32,000 nucleotides of DNA. Origin: Aneurinibacillus danicus (GTDB lineage Bacteria; Bacillota; Bacilli; Aneurinibacillales; Aneurinibacillaceae). Positions within the stretch are counted from its first letter, which is position 1; every line of letters begins with the position of its first letter. Shown in pieces: positions 16,335 to 25,180 of this stretch. Under the pieces are notes generated by a model. The model did no database searches, was not told the DNA's origin, and was given only the letters and a program-made list of their open reading frames with translations. The stretch spans positions 1-32,000 of the forward strand of contig NZ_BJXX01000047.1 of assembly GCF_007991215.1 (NCBI RefSeq). The letters run 5' to 3'. The translations under genes and the position numbers were made by a program.

Positions 16335-17372
16335 ATGAAAAAAGTAAGAGGTTTAATGGGGGTTTTTCTTTTGACAGTGGTTTTTGCCTTGGTGGCAGGG
16401 TGCGGAAATAAAGAAACTGCGGGTCAAAAGGATGCAGGAGAAGCAAAGGCTCAGACCAAGGAAGAAAAAGTCGTAAATATCGGCATTCAACAGAGCATCT
16501 GGCCAATTCTGATTGCAAAAGAAAAGGGCTGGTTTGAAGAAGAGTTCGCAAAAGTCGGTGCGAAGGTGAACTGGGTGGAATTTCAAAGTGGACCTGCTTA
16601 TTTTGAAGCTATCGTTTCCAACCGGCTGGACTTTGGACGGGTGGGGAACATTCCCGTCCTTGCTGGCCAGGCGGCCAATGTCCCGTTTAAAGAAATCGCA
16701 AATGGAAGCAACGGGGAGAAAGGCGATGCCATTCTGGTTCGCAAAGACAGTCAGATTCGCACGCTTCAGGACTTAAAAGGCAAAAAAATTGCAGTAGCCA
16801 AAGGAAGCAGCGCTTACGGGCTGTTATACAAGGCTCTGGCCAAGGCGAACATCGACCCGGCCGATGTAAAAATCATTCAACTACAGCCGGATGAAGCGCA
16901 GCCGGCTTTCGAAACCGGTTCCGTCGATGCATGGGCGATTTGGGAGCCGTTCCAATCCACACAGGTTATCAAAAATGGTGCGAAAGTGATCGCTAACGGG
17001 GAAACGATTCAATCATCAAGCCCGGGATTTCAAATCGTGCGCAGTAAGTTTGCGGAAGAAAATCCCGACCTGGTTGTTCGTTATTTGAAAGTAACGGAAA
17101 AAGCAACCCGCTGGCAAAAAGAACATCCGGAAGAAGCCGTTAAATTGTATGCAAAATTGAAGAAAGTAGACGAAAAGATTATTCGCCAGGTTATCAAAAA
17201 CTCCGAAGCGGCGAACCTTCCGATCACCGATGAAGTGATAAAAAACCAGCAGGAAACGGCAGATCTTCTGTACGATCTTGGCGGACTTAAGAGGAAGGTG
17301 GATACCAAAGAAGTCGTGGATAACTCTTATATTGAAAAAGCCTTAAAAGAGTATAATGCGGAAAACAAATAA
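16335..17372 (+). CDS. ssuA: aliphatic sulfonate-binding lipoprotein
   Basis: Lipobox LVAGC and an SsuA-family fold. It is the last gene of the ssuDBCA block. Confidence 0.85.
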   Translation: MKKVRGLMGVFLLTVVFALVAGCGNKETAGQKDAGEAKAQTKEEKVVNIGIQQSIWPILIAKEKGWFEEEFAKVGAKVNWVEFQSGPAYFEAIVSNRLDFGRVGNIPVLAGQAANVPFKEIANGSNGEKGDAILVRKDSQIRTLQDLKGKKIAVAKGSSAYGLLYKALAKANIDPADVKIIQLQPDEAQPAFETGSVDAWAIWEPFQSTQVIKNGAKVIANGETIQSSSPGFQIVRSKFAEENPDLVVRYLKVTEKATRWQKEHPEEAVKLYAKLKKVDEKIIRQVIKNSEAANLPITDEVIKNQQETADLLYDLGGLKRKVDTKEVVDNSYIEKALKEYNAENK

Positions 17373-17390
17373 AGTATAGAAGCGTTTTTT

Positions 17391-17416
17391 GCCCACTTTC
17401 ATAGTGGGCCTTTTTT
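17391..17416 (+). terminator. rho-independent terminator after ssuA
   Basis: GCCCACT-ttcat-AGTGGGC followed by CTTTTTT. Confidence 0.85.
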
Positions 17417-17551
17417 GTTGCGAATGTAGCACTCCGGCAAAAAGAGTGTATAAATCGGGCATAAAATGATGGAATCTTTAGTAATGTATACTCACTATAT
17501 TGTTTCTATGATTTTATTCGTGTAACAGTCTTCCGCATCAAGGAGGTTATT

Positions 17552-18838
17552 ATGTCTCTTTATTTTTTTGAACCAACGTTAGAATGCGCCCGGCAGTTGG
17601 ATCAAAACGATAGACTTTCCCGCTTTCGCAGCGAGTTTTACTTACCTCCTACCTCCATTTACATGGATGGAAATTCGCTGGGCCTTCTTTCCAAGAGAGC
17701 GGAGAAAACATTGTTGGAATCTCTGGATGATTGGAGAGAGCTGGGGATTGGCGGATGGAGCAGAGGAAACCATCGCTGGTTTTATCTGTCAGAGCGACTG
17801 GGGGAGATGAGTGCGCCATTAGTGGGAGCTGCTCCTGATGAAGTAATCGTAACTGGCTCTACCACGGTGAATTTACATCAACTGGTGGCTACTTTCTATC
17901 AGCCCGAAGGAAAACGAACCAGGATTCTAGCGGATGAGCTTACTTTTCCATCCGATATTTATGCGCTGCAAAGCCAGCTTCGTCTGCACGGATACGAGCC
18001 GGATACGCATCTTATTCAGGTAAGAAGCCGGAATGGCAGATTCCTTGAAGAGGAAGATATCATTGCCGCTATGACGGACGAGATTGCTCTCGTTATCCTG
18101 CCGACCGTTCTTTACCGCAGTGGTCAAATCCTGGATATGGAGCGATTGACAAAGGAAGCCCATGCCCGCGGAATTTTGATCGGATTCGACGGATGCCATT
18201 CCATTGGGGCAATCCCGCATTCCTTTAGTGAATGGGGTGTAGATTTTGCTTACTGGTGCAACTACAAGTATGTAAACGGCGGTCCCGGCTGTGTGGGTGG
18301 ATTGTATGTTAATCGGAAGCATTTCGGGCGTCATCCAGGTCTGGCCGGGTGGTTCGGTTCAAAAAAAGACAAACAGTTTGACATGGAGCATACGCTGACG
18401 CCGGCGGAAACAGCGGGTGCTTATCAAATTGGAACGCCCCATATATTGAGTCTTGCTCCTTTGATCGGCTCTCTGGAAATTTTTGCAGAGGCTGGCATTG
18501 AGAACATTCGCCGGAAATCCCTGCATATGACCCGGTATTTGATGGATTTGCTTGAACACGAGCTTCCGAATATGGGTTTTGTCATTGGAAATCCGAGAGA
18601 TGACAGGCGCCGGGGAGGGCACATTAGCCTTGAGCACGAAGAGGCCGCGCGCATCTGCAAATCGCTGAAAGAAAACGGTGTCATTCCCGATTTTCGTGCG
18701 CCTAACATGATTCGTCTTGCGCCGATCGCGCTCTATACCTCTTATGCGGAGATTTGGAAAGCCGTACAAACGCTGAAAAATATAATGGAAGAAAAACAAT
18801 ACAAAAAATTTAAGAACGAGCGCGAAGTGATCGCTTAA
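17552..18838 (+). CDS. kynU: kynureninase
   Basis: 428 aa with an AGGAGG SD. Typical kynureninase N-terminus and PLP region ([11 protein letters not shown]). Confidence 0.9.
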   Translation: MSLYFFEPTLECARQLDQNDRLSRFRSEFYLPPTSIYMDGNSLGLLSKRAEKTLLESLDDWRELGIGGWSRGNHRWFYLSERLGEMSAPLVGAAPDEVIVTGSTTVNLHQLVATFYQPEGKRTRILADELTFPSDIYALQSQLRLHGYEPDTHLIQVRSRNGRFLEEEDIIAAMTDEIALVILPTVLYRSGQILDMERLTKEAHARGILIGFDGCHSIGAIPHSFSEWGVDFAYWCNYKYVNGGPGCVGGLYVNRKHFGRHPGLAGWFGSKKDKQFDMEHTLTPAETAGAYQIGTPHILSLAPLIGSLEIFAEAGIENIRRKSLHMTRYLMDLLEHELPNMGFVIGNPRDDRRRGGHISLEHEEAARICKSLKENGVIPDFRAPNMIRLAPIALYTSYAEIWKAVQTLKNIMEEKQYKKFKNEREVIA

Positions 18839-18904
18839 TTATCAAGTGGAATTAGCCGAAAGCGGATAAAAAGCCCATTTGTGAAAGCGGAGGGGGAAAA
18901 CGTC

Positions 18905-19762
18905 ATGCCGCACATGAACAAAAATGAGGACGATGCCAAGTCGGGATTAGGAAAAGACATTCATACTGATTTTAAAAAAGAGATGTCTTACGGAGATTAT
19001 CTCCAGCTTGATAAGGTATTGTCCAGTCAACAGAGATTGTCCGCGCATCATGATGAAATGCTCTTTATTATTATTCATCAGGCCAGCGAGTTATGGATGA
19101 AGCTGATTTTACATGAGCTATCCGCAGCCATCCGGTGTATCCGCTGCGGCGAGCTGGAAGCGCCGTGTAAGATGTTATCCCGTGTTTCCAGAATACAGCA
19201 GCAGTTGATTCAGTCATGGAGTGTCCTGTCCACTCTGACACCGGCTGAATATATGGAGTTCAGGGATAAACTGGGCCATGCATCCGGATTCCAATCTTAC
19301 CAAAACAGGCTGATCGAATTTGCTCTTGGAAATAAAAACGTTCATATGCTGGCCGTTTTTCGGCATCAGCCTGAACTGTATGCCCAAATGCAGAAAGCGC
19401 TTCATGAGCCCGGCCTTTATGACGCGGCGATTGAAGCGCTGGCAGCCCGCGGACTGCCGATTGATGGGGAGTGTCTTGGAAGGGATCTATCACAACAGTA
19501 TCAGCCTCATGCCAGTGTGGAAGCCGCCTGGCTGACTGTGTACCGCAATGTGGATAAATACTGGGATTTGTATGAGCTGGCGGAGAAAATGGTGGATATC
19601 GGAAGCGGGCAACAGTTGTGGCGGTACAATCATATGATCACGGTGGAACGTATTATCGGCCATAAACAGGGAACCGGCGGATCATCGGGTGTTACGTATT
19701 TAAAAAAGGCGCTGGAGCAGCACTTTTTCCCTGAATTATGGAGTTTGAGAACGAAGCTGTAA
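18905..19762 (+). CDS. kynA: tryptophan 2,3-dioxygenase
   Basis: ATG at 18905 after GGAGGGGG. Contains the [14 protein letters not shown]...[19 protein letters not shown] motif of TDO. Confidence 0.9.
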   Translation: MPHMNKNEDDAKSGLGKDIHTDFKKEMSYGDYLQLDKVLSSQQRLSAHHDEMLFIIIHQASELWMKLILHELSAAIRCIRCGELEAPCKMLSRVSRIQQQLIQSWSVLSTLTPAEYMEFRDKLGHASGFQSYQNRLIEFALGNKNVHMLAVFRHQPELYAQMQKALHEPGLYDAAIEALAARGLPIDGECLGRDLSQQYQPHASVEAAWLTVYRNVDKYWDLYELAEKMVDIGSGQQLWRYNHMITVERIIGHKQGTGGSSGVTYLKKALEQHFFPELWSLRTKL

Positions 19763-19786
19763 GCGGAGTCCAACGGAGGGGTACCG

Positions 19787-20413
19787 ATGAATTCATGGAT
19801 TGACATTTCCCAGCGGCTGGACGAAAAGGCGGCCGTTTGGCCGGGGGATACGCCTTTTTCCTATCGGCTGAATTGGGGAAAGCGGGACAGCGGATCGGTC
19901 AATGTAGGTCAGATCACCATGAGCGTGCATACAGGTACGCACATTGATGCTCCTTTTCATTTTGATGATGAAGGAAAGCGGGTGATTGAACTGGACCTGG
20001 ATGTATATATTGGTCGTGCCCGTGTCATTCATCTGCCCGGCACTGACAGGATTGGTTTGAATGAATTGAATAGCATAGGGATAGAGGGAGTAAACCGGCT
20101 ATTGATTTATACAGGTGCCTGGCGGGACCGGAGTGTTTTCCCGGAGAACATCCCCCATGTACAGCCTGAAGCAGCTGCCTATCTTTCGGAAAAAGGGGTT
20201 CGCCTGATTGGCCTGGATTTGCCTTCTGTCGACCCGTTGGACAGCAAAGAGCTGCCCGCCCACCATAGGCTGACCCGTTACGGGATTCACATCCTGGAAG
20301 GAATCGTGCTGGACGATGTACCGCCCGGAGACTATGAACTAGCGGCTCTTCCATTGCCTCTGGCAGAAGCGGATGGAAGTCCGGTGAGGGCTGTACTAAG
20401 AAAGTGCCGCTAA
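19787..20413 (+). CDS. kynB: kynurenine formamidase (cyclase family arylformamidase)
   Basis: HTGTHIDAPFHF metal-binding motif, 208 aa, and kynurenine-operon context. Confidence 0.9.
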   Translation: MNSWIDISQRLDEKAAVWPGDTPFSYRLNWGKRDSGSVNVGQITMSVHTGTHIDAPFHFDDEGKRVIELDLDVYIGRARVIHLPGTDRIGLNELNSIGIEGVNRLLIYTGAWRDRSVFPENIPHVQPEAAAYLSEKGVRLIGLDLPSVDPLDSKELPAHHRLTRYGIHILEGIVLDDVPPGDYELAALPLPLAEADGSPVRAVLRKCR

Positions 20414-20461
20414 CGAATCGGCGGATGCTTCGGGAAGAATGAACAACGTGGAAGCGAATAA

Positions 20462-20487
20462 GCCGGCCTGCTTTTAGGCCGGTTTTT
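20462..20487 (+). terminator. rho-independent terminator after kynB
   Basis: CCGGCCT-gctttt-AGGCCGG followed by TTTTTT. Confidence 0.85.
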
Positions 20488-20578
20488 TATGATATTGCCT
20501 TTATAAAAGTAAGTAATAAGCGTTACTGTACTTTCATAAAGTTAGTAATGTACAAAAATATAAACGGAGGGTTGCAAA

Positions 20579-20965
20579 ATGGCGGACGCTGGAATTTTAC
20601 TTATCCGTTTGGTTATTGGCTTAACTTTTATGGGGCATGGTGCACAAAAGCTGTTTGGCTGGTTTGGCGGCTATGGACTGAAAGGCACCGGTGGATGGTT
20701 GGAGTCTATTGGTGTGAGACCGGGTGTATGGATGGCCTTTCTGGCCGGAGCAGGGGAGCTGGTGGGAGGTGCTTTGTTTGCGGCAGGCATTTTGACGTCG
20801 GTTGGTGCTGCGCTTATCGTCATCATTATGCTGGTCGCCACTTTTACTGTACATGCGAAAAACGGATACTGGGCAACCGCAAACGGGTTTGAATACAATT
20901 TGGTTTTGATTGCCATCGCGATTGGCGTAGCGCTGATCGGTCCCGGTTCTTATACCCTTTTCTAA
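20579..20965 (+). CDS. DoxX family membrane protein
   Basis: 128 aa with four TM segments. The [21 protein letters not shown] motif is typical of DoxX/MhqP/CatD-like proteins. Confidence 0.85.
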   Translation: MADAGILLIRLVIGLTFMGHGAQKLFGWFGGYGLKGTGGWLESIGVRPGVWMAFLAGAGELVGGALFAAGILTSVGAALIVIIMLVATFTVHAKNGYWATANGFEYNLVLIAIAIGVALIGPGSYTLF

Positions 20966-21009
20966 ATGATTGTTCGCTCCCGCCTATTATGGTAAGCCGT
21001 TCAACAACG

Positions 21010-21038
21010 AAAACCCGGAATTTAGAGTTCCGGGTTTT
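21010..21038. terminator. bidirectional terminator between doxX (+) and the pspA homolog (-)
   Basis: AAAACCCGGAA-tttagag-TTCCGGGTTTT. The A/T tracts are symmetric on both sides, and it lies between convergent genes. Confidence 0.8.
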
Positions 21039-21075
21039 CATGCTGCCCAGGTGTCTCGACAGCGCTTACGGATTG

Positions 21076-21744
21076 TCAAGATAAAATCCGGGTTTTCTTT
21101 AGGTTCTCTAATTCCTTCTGTACCTCTTCTTCAAGAGCAGCGTCCTTCATATAGGAAGAAATGATTTGCGAATCCTGGAGCAGTCTACTGTTTGCCTCGA
21201 CCTCAGCCTCCATCATCAAAATTCGTTCTTCTGCACGAGCCACCCCTTTCGTTATGGTTTCTGTACGCAAGAAAACGGATGTATTGTGCATCTGTTTCAT
21301 CGATTGAGCTACGTTGAGCCTGGAGAGTAAAAGGAGCCTCTTGTGCTGCAATTCATTATATTTCTTCTTGAGTTGATTCAGCTTTTCGCATAGCGCGCCT
21401 GTCTGGTTTTTAATCGTTTCATACTGTTCTTTATACAGTGTTACTTTTTTCTCCAGGCTCAGTTTTTCCTGCAAGGCCAGCTTTGCGATGGCTTCTTCCT
21501 CCTGATCCACAGCCAGTTTCGCCTGGCGCGTCCTTTTGGCTATCATTTTCTCTGTGTTTAGTATAAGTGCCAACTGTTTCTTTTCGAGGAAAATTTGGTT
21601 TGAAAGAGCCTGCTGTCCTTTGGCAATTCCCGCCTCCATCTCCCGCACATAGTGGTTCAGCATGGTAATCGGGTCTTCTATCTGATCGAGCAGCCTGTTT
21701 ATTTCAGCCGTGGTAATGTCCTTGATACGTTTAAAAATTCCCAT
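21076..21744 (-). CDS. PspA/IM30 family protein (LiaH-like)
   Basis: ATG at 21744 after AAGGAGG. The N-terminus MGIFKRIKDITTAEINRLLDQIEDP is the PspA signature, followed by a long coiled coil. Confidence 0.85.
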   Translation of the reverse strand: MGIFKRIKDITTAEINRLLDQIEDPITMLNHYVREMEAGIAKGQQALSNQIFLEKKQLALILNTEKMIAKRTRQAKLAVDQEEEAIAKLALQEKLSLEKKVTLYKEQYETIKNQTGALCEKLNQLKKKYNELQHKRLLLLSRLNVAQSMKQMHNTSVFLRTETITKGVARAEERILMMEAEVEANSRLLQDSQIISSYMKDAALEEEVQKELENLKKTRILS

Positions 21745-21745
21745 G

Positions 21746-22162
21746 TTATTGTTCCTCCTTATGATTTGTTTGGTTTGCTTGCTTTTTTTCCCACTCATCT
21801 AAGAGATCTAGCTGATGGGGATTGGTGGTATAGCTGTAAAAAGAAACCGGCGCTTCTGTGATTGCATGATTGAAATGGCGTGTGCCTCTTTTTTTCAGCA
21901 GCCATCCGATTATGACAGCGATGAGCGCCAACCAGAAAACAAGGGATAAAGCAGTGCCAATGAAATAGAACATGCCCGCCGGGTGGTGTTCAGACATAAA
22001 ATGGGGACGTCCATGCCCATAACCGGGATGGAATGATGGAGGACCATGATGCGCTGCATGCATGTCCGGTCCCCCCGGCATTCCCATAACCCATTGGATA
22101 GCAAGCAGAATAAAGAGGGCTGCCAGCATCCATAGTACGACTTTCCATGCTTTTGTTTTCAT
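21746..22162 (-). CDS. small two-TM membrane protein with a His/Gly/Pro-rich extracytoplasmic loop
   Basis: AAAGGAGGAAAG SD. TM1, then GGPDMHAAHHGPPSFHPGYGHGRPHFMSEHHP, then TM2, then a charged tail. Its stop lies 1 nt from the pspA-homolog start, and the SD for that gene is embedded in its last codons. Confidence 0.75.
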   Translation of the reverse strand: MKTKAWKVVLWMLAALFILLAIQWVMGMPGGPDMHAAHHGPPSFHPGYGHGRPHFMSEHHPAGMFYFIGTALSLVFWLALIAVIIGWLLKKRGTRHFNHAITEAPVSFYSYTTNPHQLDLLDEWEKKQANQTNHKEEQ

Positions 22163-22200
22163 TATCTTTCCTCCTTTGGCTTGTCCTTTCGACAGATTTG

Positions 22201-22233
22201 ATTATAGGAGGGAATGGTGAAAGAATGGTGAAA
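22201..22233 (-). promoter_or_regulatory. response-regulator-dependent promoter for the membrane protein / PspA genes
   Basis: The minus strand reads TTTCACCATTC TTTCACCATTC (perfect tandem 11-mers, 22233-22212), then cctcc, then TATAAT (22206-22201). Confidence 0.7.
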
Positions 22234-22248
22234 ACCAAGGAGGCAGCG

Positions 22249-22282
22249 AAAAAAGAAAAAGCGCAACGGATAGCGTTACGCT
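22249..22282 (-). terminator. terminator after the histidine kinase gene
   Basis: The minus strand reads GCGTAACG-ctatc-CGTTGCGC followed by TTTTTCTTTTTT. The kinase stop codon lies in the 5' arm. Confidence 0.7.
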
Positions 22283-23694
22283 TTTTGGCGCACAATCGGC
22301 ATCATAACGGTAAAAGTGCTCCCTTTTTCCGGTATGCTGGAAACTTGAATCGTTCCATGATGGGCTTCTGCGATCCACTTGGCAATCGACAGACCAAGAC
22401 CGGTTCCTCCCATTTGCCTGGATCTGTTTTTATCTACTCTGTAGAACCGATCAAAAATGCGGCCTTGTTCCTCAGGCGGAATGCCGATACCGGTGTCTTG
22501 AACAACGATACGCAAGGCCTGCTGTTTTTCACGCGATGCGGCGGAGAGCGTAAGGCTTACACTCCCTTCATTCGGCGTGTATTTAATGGCATTATCTAGC
22601 AGGATATAAAGCAACTGTCTTATCCTTTCATGATCGCCGTGAACCGTCAGCGTCGAAGGTGCGTGGAACTGAAGGTTGATGTTCTTGGCTTGCGCAAGGG
22701 TTTGTGCAGACCGGATCAATTGTTCCACCGGCGGGATCAAATCAAAGGTTTCATAGCGAAGAACCGGTACTCCGGAATCGGAACGCGCCAGCGTTAATAA
22801 ATCACCGACCAAATGCGTCATCCGCCTGACTTCATTTTTCATATTGGATAATACGTTTTGAGAGAACCCTGACATCTGCTTGCTTTCCTCCATTTCGAGA
22901 ACATCAAGAGAGGATTGCAGAATACTCAGAGGGGTCCTCAGTTCATGGGAAGCGTCCGCGACAAACTCCCGCTGCCGGTGAAAAGAATTTCGAATGGGAA
23001 TCATGGCTCGCTTGGACATGAAATAGCTAAGCCCGAGCGCAATGCCCAAAAACAGGAGTCCCAATGTAACTAAAATGGCAAGCAGCCGGCGGATCAATTC
23101 ATAGTAAAAGGAAATGTCTTTTCCCGTATAATAAATCCCTACCAATTGATCCCCTAGATAAATGGCTCGGCCGGTCATCATCAAATCGATAGGATGCCGC
23201 TCTTCTTCATGAGGCGGTCCTTTACGAAGAGGCCCCTCATGCGGGCCGCCGCGTCTGGGAGGATGGATGGTAATAGTCCCATAATGGATTTCGTTCGATT
23301 GGGGCATCCACCCCTGGAGGAGGCGTAAAATTTCCGGCTGGCTCCGACCAATGACCGCCTCTCCAAAAAGAATTCTTCCGCTTGGATTTATCACATAGTA
23401 AAAAAATTGATTTCCATTCTCTTGCGTTGTATTGATATTGTCCAACTCCTGCTGGCTAAGCACTCCATCTTTCAGTGCATTTTTAATTTCGAGCGTTTGT
23501 TGGTCGGCGAGGATGTGGAGCTGCTGCTCTTGTTCACGAGAGATTGTTGTGTGGACCAAAAAGTACACTATGGTAATAAACAGCGTAAGGAAAACCATAA
23601 TTAACACGCTGTATTGAAAGGTGAGCCGGGTTTGTGTATGGATAAATACGTCTTTTTTCCAATGTTGAATGCGTGATAGCCAATTAAATCTCAA
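22276..23694 (-). CDS. sensor histidine kinase (two TM segments, about 170-aa extracytoplasmic domain)
   Basis: H-box ASHELRTPL, N-box LDNAIKYT, G-boxes DTGIGI and GGTGLGLSI. The start is uncertain. I favour TTG at 23694 (11-nt overlap with the RR gene) over the far upstream ATGs in the track ORF. Confidence 0.8.
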   Translation of the reverse strand: MRFNWLSRIQHWKKDVFIHTQTRLTFQYSVLIMVFLTLFITIVYFLVHTTISREQEQQLHILADQQTLEIKNALKDGVLSQQELDNINTTQENGNQFFYYVINPSGRILFGEAVIGRSQPEILRLLQGWMPQSNEIHYGTITIHPPRRGGPHEGPLRKGPPHEEERHPIDLMMTGRAIYLGDQLVGIYYTGKDISFYYELIRRLLAILVTLGLLFLGIALGLSYFMSKRAMIPIRNSFHRQREFVADASHELRTPLSILQSSLDVLEMEESKQMSGFSQNVLSNMKNEVRRMTHLVGDLLTLARSDSGVPVLRYETFDLIPPVEQLIRSAQTLAQAKNINLQFHAPSTLTVHGDHERIRQLLYILLDNAIKYTPNEGSVSLTLSAASREKQQALRIVVQDTGIGIPPEEQGRIFDRFYRVDKNRSRQMGGTGLGLSIAKWIAEAHHGTIQVSSIPEKGSTFTVMMPIVRQKA

Positions 23695-24358
23695 GTTTAT
23701 ATCCCACCCCGCGAATGCTTTGAATGATGTCCCTTTGACCGGCCTCATGTAATTTCTTGCGAAGCAATTTAACGGTGGCATCAATGGTTTTCATTGTTGC
23801 ATCAGAATCATATCCCCAAATCCTGTCATAAATAACGTCGCGGGAGAGGACTTGTCCTTTGTTGCGAATCAACAAATCCAACAGTTGAAATTCCCGTGGT
23901 GTCAGCAAAATTTCTTTCTCTTTAGATGAGACTGTACGGTTCGTAAGGTTCACTGTAATATTCTGTATCTGCACGATTTGCTCTTGGATCGGCGCATAGT
24001 TCCGTCGGGTTAATGCACGGATTCTCGCAAGAAGTTCATCTATCTCAAACGGTTTGATCAAGTAGTCATCTGCTCCCGCATCCAATCCGATAATCCGGTC
24101 TTGAAGGGCATCTCTAGCCGTCAGCATAATGATGGCACCTGAATATCCTTCTTTTCGCAGGCGGGTGCATATGCTCACCCCTTCTTCGCCCGGCAGCATC
24201 CAGTCGAGAATGAGCAGGTCATAATGAGATTCTATAGCATAATCGTACACATCATCTCCTTGAGTAAGCCATTCTACTTTGTATCCCCCCTTTTTTTTCA
24301 AAAGGTGAGCAATGAGCTCGCCCAAGACCAGATCATCTTCAGCCAATAAAATGTTCAC
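23684..24358 (-). CDS. OmpR/PhoB-family response regulator
   Basis: Receiver domain (DLLILDWMLPG) plus a winged-helix output domain (RGVGYKL). AAGGAGGAGG SD. Confidence 0.9.
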   Translation of the reverse strand: MNILLAEDDLVLGELIAHLLKKKGGYKVEWLTQGDDVYDYAIESHYDLLILDWMLPGEEGVSICTRLRKEGYSGAIIMLTARDALQDRIIGLDAGADDYLIKPFEIDELLARIRALTRRNYAPIQEQIVQIQNITVNLTNRTVSSKEKEILLTPREFQLLDLLIRNKGQVLSRDVIYDRIWGYDSDATMKTIDATVKLLRKKLHEAGQRDIIQSIRGVGYKLEI

Positions 24359-24410
24359 AGGTCCTCCTCCTTATATAGAAGCTACGGTTTTTTGTTTATT
24401 TACTTTTATG

Positions 24411-24443
24411 ATTGTAAACGACCTTGGTGAAAAACGCGTAAAA
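24411..24443 (-). promoter_or_regulatory. autoregulatory promoter of the two-component operon
   Basis: The minus strand reads TTTTACGCGTT TTTCACCAAGG (24443-24422), then tcgtt, then TACAAT (24416-24411). The repeat / 5 nt / -10 geometry is the same as at 22201-22233. Confidence 0.6.
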
Positions 24444-24463
24444 AATCTATATTCCCCGCAAAA

Positions 24464-24496
24464 TTTCACTGTTTTTTCACCATCCATGCCTAAAGT
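24464..24496 (+). promoter_or_regulatory. third promoter of the same architecture, driving the PepSY-TM gene
   Basis: TTTCACTGTTT TTTCACCATCC (24464-24485), then atgcc, then TAAAGT (24491-24496). Confidence 0.6.
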
Positions 24497-24581
24497 AGGA
24501 ATTGTTTAAAACAAAAGGTCGTAGTAAGGAGCGTGTATGTATGAAAAATGCTAAAAACTTTATAGATGAGGAGACAGGATT

Positions 24582-25043
24582 ATGAAAAAAAGACGCCAGT
24601 TACATTTGTGGATTGGATTACTTACTTCTTTCTTTATACTAATTGAAGCTATTACGGGGCTTCTTCTGTCTGAGCCGTGGCTTATCGGGATGGACAAGGG
24701 TGAAAGGCGACCGGGAATGGAGCAACGAGCGTCATTTTCAACCCGGGAAAAGGGGAGTCTCCCTTCTCAAAGCACGAATCAAAGTGAAAGCGTGCTGTCT
24801 CAGGCCGGTAAACCGGGAGCAATTTCTCCAGAAGAGGACAGGGGAGGTTTTGGTCTTATGGGTTTTATTAGAGGGCTTCACGAGGGAAGGATTGGGGGCA
24901 CAAACGTTAAAATCCTGGTGGATATTACGGCGATAGGCTTAATTATTCTTACTGTAACAGGTATCACTTTATCGATTCAAATCGTAAGGGCGCAGAGTAG
25001 AAGGAAAAAAACAATCAAAGGTGTTCAAGACAAGGTGGTTTAA
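24582..25043 (+). CDS. PepSY-associated TM helix protein
   Basis: The N-terminal LHLWIGLLTSFFILIEAITGLLL and C-terminal LHEGRIGG...ILVDITAIGLIILTVTGI helices are typical of the PepSY_TM family. GAGGAG SD. Confidence 0.75.
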   Translation: MKKRRQLHLWIGLLTSFFILIEAITGLLLSEPWLIGMDKGERRPGMEQRASFSTREKGSLPSQSTNQSESVLSQAGKPGAISPEEDRGGFGLMGFIRGLHEGRIGGTNVKILVDITAIGLIILTVTGITLSIQIVRAQSRRKKTIKGVQDKVV

Positions 25044-25180
25044 TATTGACAAGAAACCCTGGTGGCGACTCAAATTGCAGTATAGTGCTCCCTTTCTCTT
25101 CTCTTTTACATATGATATAGAAAGAAGCTTGGATAAAGCGGGTGATAAGCGTGTCGGAGGGAAGGCGGAAGCATGGAAAG

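Noticed and set aside
23695-23784. Upstream ATG starts for the histidine kinase (track start at 23784).
   Set aside because: They would overlap the response-regulator gene by 65-100 nt in another frame. The TTG at 23694 gives the usual short overlap. This remains uncertain.
24537-24585. Two tiny upstream ORFs before the PepSY-TM gene: MYEKC* at 24537-24554, and MKNAKNFIDEETGL* at 24541-24585, whose TGA overlaps the PepSY ATG. Both follow an AAGGAG SD.
   Set aside because: They could be leader peptides, but the PepSY gene has its own GAGGAG SD. Such short frames arise easily by chance, and nothing in the sequence supports attenuation.
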